Part shown: piece by piece, positions 58,408 through 64,000 of the stretch
How positions within the stretch are numbered: position 1 is the first letter of the stretch
Layout: each line of letters starts with the position of its first letter
NCBI GenBank assembly: GCA_041641305.1
Contig: JBEPYN010000001.1
Location: forward strand, 736,001-800,000
Source: Nitrososphaerota archaeon
GTDB lineage: Archaea; Thermoproteota; Nitrososphaeria_A; Caldarchaeales; Caldarchaeaceae
Direction: 5' to 3'
DNA: 64,000 nt
Position numbers and translations under genes: made by a program
The notes under the pieces: model-generated
The model's input: the letters and a program-made list of their open reading frames with translations, nothing else
Databases searched by the model: none
Told to the model about the DNA's origin: nothing

Positions 58408-59517
58408 ATGAGAGGTAGCTTTGTACTTGGAATATTGGGCGGGGTTTTCGGCATTTTAGTCGGACTTGTGGTACTGGTCCTCGCGGGAACCAGTGAAGCT
58501 TTATCACCGTGGTTGGGTGAGGATACCAGACGCATAGTAGGGCAGCTATATGTTCAGACATTTGTAGCATTACTAGGTGGCGTACTAGGAATAATTGGAG
58601 GTGCAATAGGTAGAAAAATTGGCGGCGTAATACTGATGCTTGCTTCTCTATTTGTTCTTGTGGGAGGGGGGTTATTCGGAATATTGCCATTTATATTGTT
58701 GCTAGTCGGCGGAGTATTAAGTTTCAGAGAGGCCAAACACGAAATCGCCTTATCTAATGCTGAAGGGTACGGGACTGTGGGGAGGGGCAAGTCGAATACT
58801 CACGGATTGAGTTGTCCCCGATGTAGCAGCACTGATATGATTAAGTTGGATGATGAAGTCTACGAGTGCTGGAATTGCGGTTTACGATTCAAGAACGTTC
58901 GAGAACCATCGAGAGGTATATTCAAGTGGATAGCTGTAAGTGTCATGTTCTTTATGTTGGGGGCGATTTTAGGATATGGGGCTGGAAGCGCTGCTACGAC
59001 AAAAACTATCACGAATACTGTAACAGTGGACGTCGGCGTTATGAATACTCAAACCATTAGAGATCAGACTCCGGGTGGGGGACTGAGAACTGTCGGACTT
59101 ACTGAGTCTTGTCAGGTAAGTTTTAGTTCCCGTAAATTTGAGTTTTCTATTCTCCAATATATTCGTGGAAAAGAGGCTGACGATGAAATACAAAATGCTA
59201 ATCCTTTTAATCCTAAACCAGAAACAGGTTTTGAATACGTATTGATCAAGATAAGGCTCTCACATTTATCAGTCCAAGGATCCTCAGATACAATATCGAT
59301 CGGGCCTTACGATTTTATATTGTATGCAGATGGTGTAGGATACAAAGCAGAAATATTTTTAGTATATCCCGAAGATAAAAAAATGTTAGAATTTGTCGAT
59401 TTATTTCCAGGAGGTAGAGTTGAAGGATGGATCCTGTTTGAAGTGCCAGAAAAAACTTCTCTAATGCTAACTTTCACTCCTCTTAGTATCAAACCTCAAT
59501 GTTTTATCAGACTTTAA
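58408..59517 (+). CDS. Membrane protein: Gly-rich TM bundle, Zn-ribbon, TM, DUF4352-like Ig-fold domain
   Basis: GxxxG-rich helices; CPRC...CWNC; NPFNPKPETGFEYVLIKI...DLFPGGRVEGWILFEVP. Confidence 0.8.
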   Translation: MRGSFVLGILGGVFGILVGLVVLVLAGTSEALSPWLGEDTRRIVGQLYVQTFVALLGGVLGIIGGAIGRKIGGVILMLASLFVLVGGGLFGILPFILLLVGGVLSFREAKHEIALSNAEGYGTVGRGKSNTHGLSCPRCSSTDMIKLDDEVYECWNCGLRFKNVREPSRGIFKWIAVSVMFFMLGAILGYGAGSAATTKTITNTVTVDVGVMNTQTIRDQTPGGGLRTVGLTESCQVSFSSRKFEFSILQYIRGKEADDEIQNANPFNPKPETGFEYVLIKIRLSHLSVQGSSDTISIGPYDFILYADGVGYKAEIFLVYPEDKKMLEFVDLFPGGRVEGWILFEVPEKTSLMLTFTPLSIKPQCFIRL

Positions 59518-59705
59518 GTTACAAAGCGATAACATTGAATTCTTACAAAAAATAAGAAGCACTGTCGGTTGTAATCACGTATCTTAACGTGATTGGCTAG
59601 CACCTCGACCGCTCCGCTCCGGCATCCTCAGGTTCCTTTTGGTCTCCTTCCTGAGGAGATCAAACCATTAGATGATCCAATACTCCCCTTGGAAATGGGT
59701 CATGT

Positions 59706-59972
59706 CGTTCTGCGGCTTTAACGTCATACCCCACTGGTAACGTGACAGGATTCAGGCATAGTATGGTATACCCATATCGGAATGGGAAAAAACGAACCGG
59801 CCGTAAGCTCAAGGACGACTTCTACAAGCGCCAACTACCGACGAAACAACAGCCGATCTCCATGGCCTCTACTAAGACGGCCGGTTTCGGAGGCTTGAGA
59901 GAAGTACCCGTCATTCAGGGCGGCTCTGGAAAAGAAGAAAACCACGGGTCAAGCTGCGGCTGCAGCCACTAG
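59706..59972 (+). pseudogene. Direct repeat copy 2: displaced tes 3' fragment; identical core at 59799-59833
   Basis: FCGFNVIPHW*RDRIQA*YGIPISEWE(+1 A)KRTGRKLKDDFYKRQLPTKQQ...HGSSCGCSH*. Confidence 0.93.
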
Positions 59973-60152
59973 GTGAATAGTGAATCTTCCTCGGCCTTTT
60001 TGGACATAAGCGGGTATATTTTCGGGCTTCTCAGCTCTCCGTAGAAACCTTCCGCCTAGACCTCTAAGAACTGACTCCATCGCATCTCGCAGGATTACTT
60101 CTCGGTTCCTAAGAGTCCTGTCCATGGTCGTCTTAGGTGTTTGTTCGTTCAT
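59949..60152 (-). CDS. Short hypothetical ORF or gene remnant
   Basis: 67-aa ORF with no recognisable motif. Confidence 0.25.
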   Translation of the reverse strand: MNEQTPKTTMDRTLRNREVILRDAMESVLRGLGGRFLRRAEKPENIPAYVQKGRGRFTIHLVAAAAA

Positions 60153-60469
60153 GTCGTCGTGGCTGGCGAATAACTGTCGTCATTTAGCCTCCCTTCGAGT
60201 TCCAAGTATCACCGGACTATCTTGAAGTCGTCCTCGGATGCGTGTAAGAACATCGGCGTTCTTAACTTTTTGGGTGTTAAGCCTGTGATGACAAATAACA
60301 TTCAGCTAGCAGAGGGATGTGTTTTAGGCAAGCCTCCTCCTCACTCAAACCGTCAGCAAGCCCCTCACGATAAAGCCTGTTCAAACTCAACCCTCCACTT
60401 ATCGCTAATCCGCTTATAAAAAAGGCCCGGTTCAGACCCCTGTACTTCCAGAAAGTTGGAGACACTATC

Positions 60470-60937
60470 TTGGTTTACGCACCTCACGTTTTTCCCGGAA
60501 GAGACCCCGTCCTAATCCTAATATCCATAGCCATGATACTGTTACACACGCTCACAGGCTACATATACGCCAATCCGAAACTGATTCTAGAAGCCTTGTT
60601 GGCCTACCTATTTGTATCAACGGTGATCGCTATCAGAATTCTGGCGAGTTACCTCTACCTCCGGCCCTACGGACTCTTCCAGAGCTGGAGGATAAGGGTT
60701 ATCATGAAAGGTAAACCCCAATTAGAGGCAAAATTCGACGGCGATACATCACTAAAACAAATAATGGATTGGGCGTTGGCGAAGGTTTTCACCTCAAGCA
60801 AAAACAGGGTGACCGAAAACTATTCAATTCATTATGGTGATAAACAGTTAGATCCACAACTGCGGCTTTATCAGACAAAACTGCCCACAAAGCTAACACT
60901 TACGATAAGAAGAAAAAGGAGACTCGCCAAACTCTAG
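60470..60937 (+). CDS. Two-TM membrane protein with a possible C-terminal ubiquitin/UBX-like beta-grasp domain
   Basis: Two hydrophobic helices, then RIRVIM..LEAKFDGDTSLKQIMDW...YSIHYGDKQLDPQLRLYQTKL..TLTI. Confidence 0.6.
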   Translation: MVYAPHVFPGRDPVLILISIAMILLHTLTGYIYANPKLILEALLAYLFVSTVIAIRILASYLYLRPYGLFQSWRIRVIMKGKPQLEAKFDGDTSLKQIMDWALAKVFTSSKNRVTENYSIHYGDKQLDPQLRLYQTKLPTKLTLTIRRKRRLAKL

Positions 60938-61042
60938 CACAACTAATTCCAACCATCAATACATGTGAAATTTTTGGCATAAGCAGATATGTCTCTAGGG
61001 CTCTCCCTAATTTTATATACCTAGACTTGCTGTCTTACGTGG

Positions 61043-61435
61043 ATGCGTGAAGAGGCTAGGGATTGGTATGATGGGGCTTTGAATGATTTAAAGATGGCTG
61101 ACAGCGCTTTAGAGGCTGGTCTGAATAACTGGGCCATGTTCGCGGCTCATCAAGCCGTTGAGAAAGCTCTAAAAGCCTTGATAATAGCTAAACAACGTGA
61201 AAGGCCTCCCAAGACCCATGATTTGGTGGAGTTACTGCAACACGCTGGGATTCAGCTGGATAAGCGTATCGAGACAGTGCTTGCAGAGCTATCACCCTAC
61301 TACTCAGTCGCCCGCTATCCCAATGCTGGTTTGAGGCGGCCATGGGAAAGAATTAATAGAGAAACAGCGGTTAGGATGGTGGAAGCCGCTAAGAGCTTGG
61401 TGAAGGCCGTTGGAGAGAAGCTTGGAACTGCCTGA
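61043..61435 (+). CDS. HEPN-domain protein (toxin-type)
   Basis: AHQAVEKALKA, RPPKTHDL (Rx4H), YSVARYP. Confidence 0.9.
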   Translation: MREEARDWYDGALNDLKMADSALEAGLNNWAMFAAHQAVEKALKALIIAKQRERPPKTHDLVELLQHAGIQLDKRIETVLAELSPYYSVARYPNAGLRRPWERINRETAVRMVEAAKSLVKAVGEKLGTA

Positions 61436-61739
61436 GAAAGTCATTAAAGCATTGGAGTGCCTCAGGGCAGAGAAAGATAGCCTCAAGATAGAGGAGGCTT
61501 ATTTAGTTGGGAGCTACGCCAGGGGAGACTGGCTTAGAGACAGCGACTTGGACTTGATAATTGTGTCGCCGATTTTCAGAAACCTAGACGTAGGTGTGAG
61601 GTATAGGGTTGTCAAAGAGGCGATAGGATATGGTGTACCGCTAGAAGCCCTATGCTACACGCCCGAGGAATTCCAAGAAGCTAAGAATAGAAGCATAGTA
61701 GTTCAGGATATGTTGGAGTACGCTGTCAAAGTGATATGA
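61422..61739 (+). CDS. Minimal nucleotidyltransferase (MNT) antitoxin-type protein
   Basis: GSYARGD..DSDLDL motif; overlaps the HEPN gene; probable TTG start at 61422. Confidence 0.9.
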   Translation: MELPEKVIKALECLRAEKDSLKIEEAYLVGSYARGDWLRDSDLDLIIVSPIFRNLDVGVRYRVVKEAIGYGVPLEALCYTPEEFQEAKNRSIVVQDMLEYAVKVI

Positions 61740-62158
61740 AAGCCTTGAACCCGCCCCTCTACTACTGACCGCCAAGAGATCAGTATAGCATTGCCTCGCT
61801 AAATTAATGAATAGACGCTATACCGTTTATGCCTCTAACAATGTAAGACGCTGCACCTCTTGCCTGGACAGTCCCCAAGGTTGTCAGACACGAGGTAGTT
61901 GTTCCGAGGCCTAGACAGCGATAAAGGTGGGGTAGGCATTGGAAGCTTATAGATGAAGACATCTGAAGGAGACGGTAAGCTCAGGAAATCACATTATGGA
62001 TAACTAACAATAAAATTAGCGAAGTTGCTCCTAATCTCGACACCGCCGTCAGACCTAATACGTTTTTATTGGCTTTGATATCTCTCCTCCTCACCCAGTC
62101 AGGGTTTAACTCTTGTTGACCTGTTATACCTAACGACCTGTTGATCGGTCTCTTGATC

Positions 62159-63694
62159 TTACATTTTATAAATTTGTTCTCTTAGTCTATTATCAACGAT
62201 TGCGTTATCCACAACCTCGATAAGTTCGTCCCAATTCTTCAAATTTTCGTGTAGAATAGCCAACATGAACAGCCTTCTGATAATTCTTGCTATTGTTCTA
62301 TCGAAATCTGGGCCTAAGAACCTTTTGGGTTGCATAGCATTTTTAGAAAAGTGCGGTGCGATTTCTTTAATATTTACTTCAGCGTTAGGAAGGTTATCCC
62401 AAAAAAATTTCCCGTCTGTTTTTTCAAAGGGTAAAGAATAAGTTGGTGCATCGGGAAACACCTCTGCACCATGGACTATCTTGCTCCTTGCTCGATATAA
62501 TTCTGTCAGAAATTTACGATGATAGATGGCCTGTTTTTCGTCTCCGCTCGCTAGAAGAGCTCCTCTTAGAGCTAATCTATATGTTATCTCCTCTCTTTCG
62601 CTGTCTTTGGATAGAAGAGTCTCTAGTAGAATGCAGTAGTTTAATATTTCATCCTCAGCATCTCTGGTGGGAACCGATAATCTCTTACCTATGACCTCTA
62701 ACTTTCTCTCCAGCCCTTTCACACGCTTTCTCAGAATCTCTATTTGCCTCCAGACATTCATTAGGTCGGTTACATCTACTGTAATTGTTTTTTTATCAAG
62801 TTTGCTTGGAGGATGAATCGTCAGACCGCTGGCCCACTCATACATTTCTTCCTTTAAATAATCACCAAAATCTAGATTAGGCCATAATATCAGAGAATTT
62901 CCCATCTCATGCAACTCACCTGTGGTAACAATCCGCTTTATATCTATTCCTATCACGTTATGAAAAATTATGCGATGGGATGAATCAGGGAGGGATTCTT
63001 CTTTGTTTTCTCGTATCTTATTGTCCCTCAGCCCAACTAAAAAGACAGAAACCATAAAGTGTCCTAATACTTTTCTTATCATAGAAAAGACATGCTCTAT
63101 GTCAACAGAATCTAGAAATTCAGATACTCTAGCTTTGAAATCCTTTATCTCTAGGATATAAAGGGACCTGCCTTTGTCATCTTTCTGGGAAAAAAGTCTA
63201 AGATTATCATTAAGCCACACTGGTTCTTCATGGATCTCGATCTCGACCGAGGATTCTATGTGGATTTTAATAGGGGTGAGCATGCATCTCTCATCAAAAA
63301 AGGTACAGAGAACGTTCAAAACTTTATCAGGTTTCCCGCTTATCAGTGAATCGTTGATAAAGCTTCTTATAACCTCCACCGCCAACCAGGGTAACTGGCG
63401 CAAATGTGTGGCATTAGATTCTTCCCAATCGTCGGCCTCGACAATTGGCTCGACTTGTTCAAAATATCTTCTGAAGCTCTTGCAGTTAATGAGCTGCTCT
63501 AAGACACGTTGATACTCTGGCAACATTTTCAATGATTCATTGAAAATGGATGCATCGTCGATGTTGAGATTGATATACTTAGGTAAAAGAAGTTCTCCGG
63601 AGACAATCATAGACTTCACCCGCTCGAATAGATATAACATGTCATCACGTAAATCGGAAAACCTCTCGGGCATGATGTTCTTAATTCGTTGCAA
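62159..63694 (-). CDS. Large protein with C-terminal ApeA-like HEPN domain
   Basis: ILLETLL, EITYRLALRGALL, LYRARSKIVHG (Rx4H); AT-rich codon usage. Confidence 0.8.
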   Translation of the reverse strand: MQRIKNIMPERFSDLRDDMLYLFERVKSMIVSGELLLPKYINLNIDDASIFNESLKMLPEYQRVLEQLINCKSFRRYFEQVEPIVEADDWEESNATHLRQLPWLAVEVIRSFINDSLISGKPDKVLNVLCTFFDERCMLTPIKIHIESSVEIEIHEEPVWLNDNLRLFSQKDDKGRSLYILEIKDFKARVSEFLDSVDIEHVFSMIRKVLGHFMVSVFLVGLRDNKIRENKEESLPDSSHRIIFHNVIGIDIKRIVTTGELHEMGNSLILWPNLDFGDYLKEEMYEWASGLTIHPPSKLDKKTITVDVTDLMNVWRQIEILRKRVKGLERKLEVIGKRLSVPTRDAEDEILNYCILLETLLSKDSEREEITYRLALRGALLASGDEKQAIYHRKFLTELYRARSKIVHGAEVFPDAPTYSLPFEKTDGKFFWDNLPNAEVNIKEIAPHFSKNAMQPKRFLGPDFDRTIARIIRRLFMLAILHENLKNWDELIEVVDNAIVDNRLREQIYKM

Positions 63695-63754
63695 CTAGAT
63701 AAGCCTTTTATTATTCGATCTCGACACTGTCACTTTTTAAAGTTTTCCAGCTTA

Positions 63755-64000
63755 TTACCTTGTGGCTTGATTTTTTCTTTCTCTATCGGCTCTTGAATCT
63801 TTGTCTAGGTGTTTCTCTGTCATGTTATCTTCTTTATGGGTTGTTGGTGGGAGGTGGATGAGCGGCTCATCAGGAGGGGCATCCTTGTACCGGGTCTCAC
63901 GTTCGTCAAGCATTATTGTGCTGGGTTTAGGGAGGTAACTGTGGTAAGAGGGTAGGCCCTTCAAGATACCAGCAGCTATGTTATGGTCCATAGCTGTGTG
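63755..64000 (-). CDS. Possible 3' end of a gene truncated by the window edge
   Basis: Frame open to the window end; no motif recognised. Confidence 0.3.
   Translation of the reverse strand, partial: HTAMDHNIAAGILKGLPSYHSYLPKPSTIMLDERETRYKDAPPDEPLIHLPPTTHKEDNMTEKHLDKDSRADRERKNQATR

Larger units (their letters stand above)
57680..59833. mobile_element. Putative integrated cassette bounded by 35-bp identical cores within the tes 3'-end duplication; no integrase inside
   Basis: Direct repeats 2119 bp apart enclose visibly AT-richer DNA with one intact gene. Confidence 0.6.

Noticed and set aside
61952-61987. Partial match to the att-like core (GTAAGCTCA) and to sequence just after the tes stop (ATCTG-AAGGAGAC)
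   Set aside because: Only 9-13 nt and in the wrong order; insufficient for a third att copy.
1-64000. tRNA/rRNA genes, CRISPR arrays, transposases, integrases, inteins
   Set aside because: None recognised by eye; intergenic gaps are short and proteins have normal lengths. tRNAscan-SE/Infernal would be needed to exclude split or small RNAs.

Overview
Archaeal chromosomal window. Gene content and style (gatDE, archaeal eRF1 and uL16, tetraether synthase, DKFP-type shikimate pathway, many TTG/GTG starts) suggest a thermophilic TACK archaeon, most like Aigarchaeota/Caldiarchaeum; this assignment is inference. Positions 1-57.9 kb are a dense core region: tldD, rpl10e, RNase HI, a stand-alone 2-oxoacid dehydrogenase E2 domain, two purP paralogues, an orphan HerA-NurA pair, gatDE, pyrH, a P-type ATPase, eRF1, MetRS, a ~13 kb nucleoside uptake/catabolism cluster with two BtpA/SgcQ genes, prpD-prpC, trpS, an asd-aro operon, pantoate kinase, mptE/mptA, DNA ligase, TrmB, a membrane KaiC-like ATPase and tes. 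From 57.9 kb to the end the sequence is visibly AT-richer and accessory. The strongest signal is a 266/267-bp duplication of the tes 3' end. The two copies differ heavily at synonymous sites but share a perfect 35-bp core, and they bracket a 2.1-kb single-gene cassette with no integrase. This looks like integration into a lipid-synthesis gene with exchange of its C-terminal tail. Downstream lie a possible membrane-anchored ubiquitin/UBX-like protein, a HEPN-MNT pair and an ApeA-like HEPN protein. Two housekeeping genes (metG, aroE) lack an in-frame ATG/GTG/TTG start. No tRNA, rRNA or CRISPR array was recognised. All assignments are by motif recognition by eye; no searches were run.
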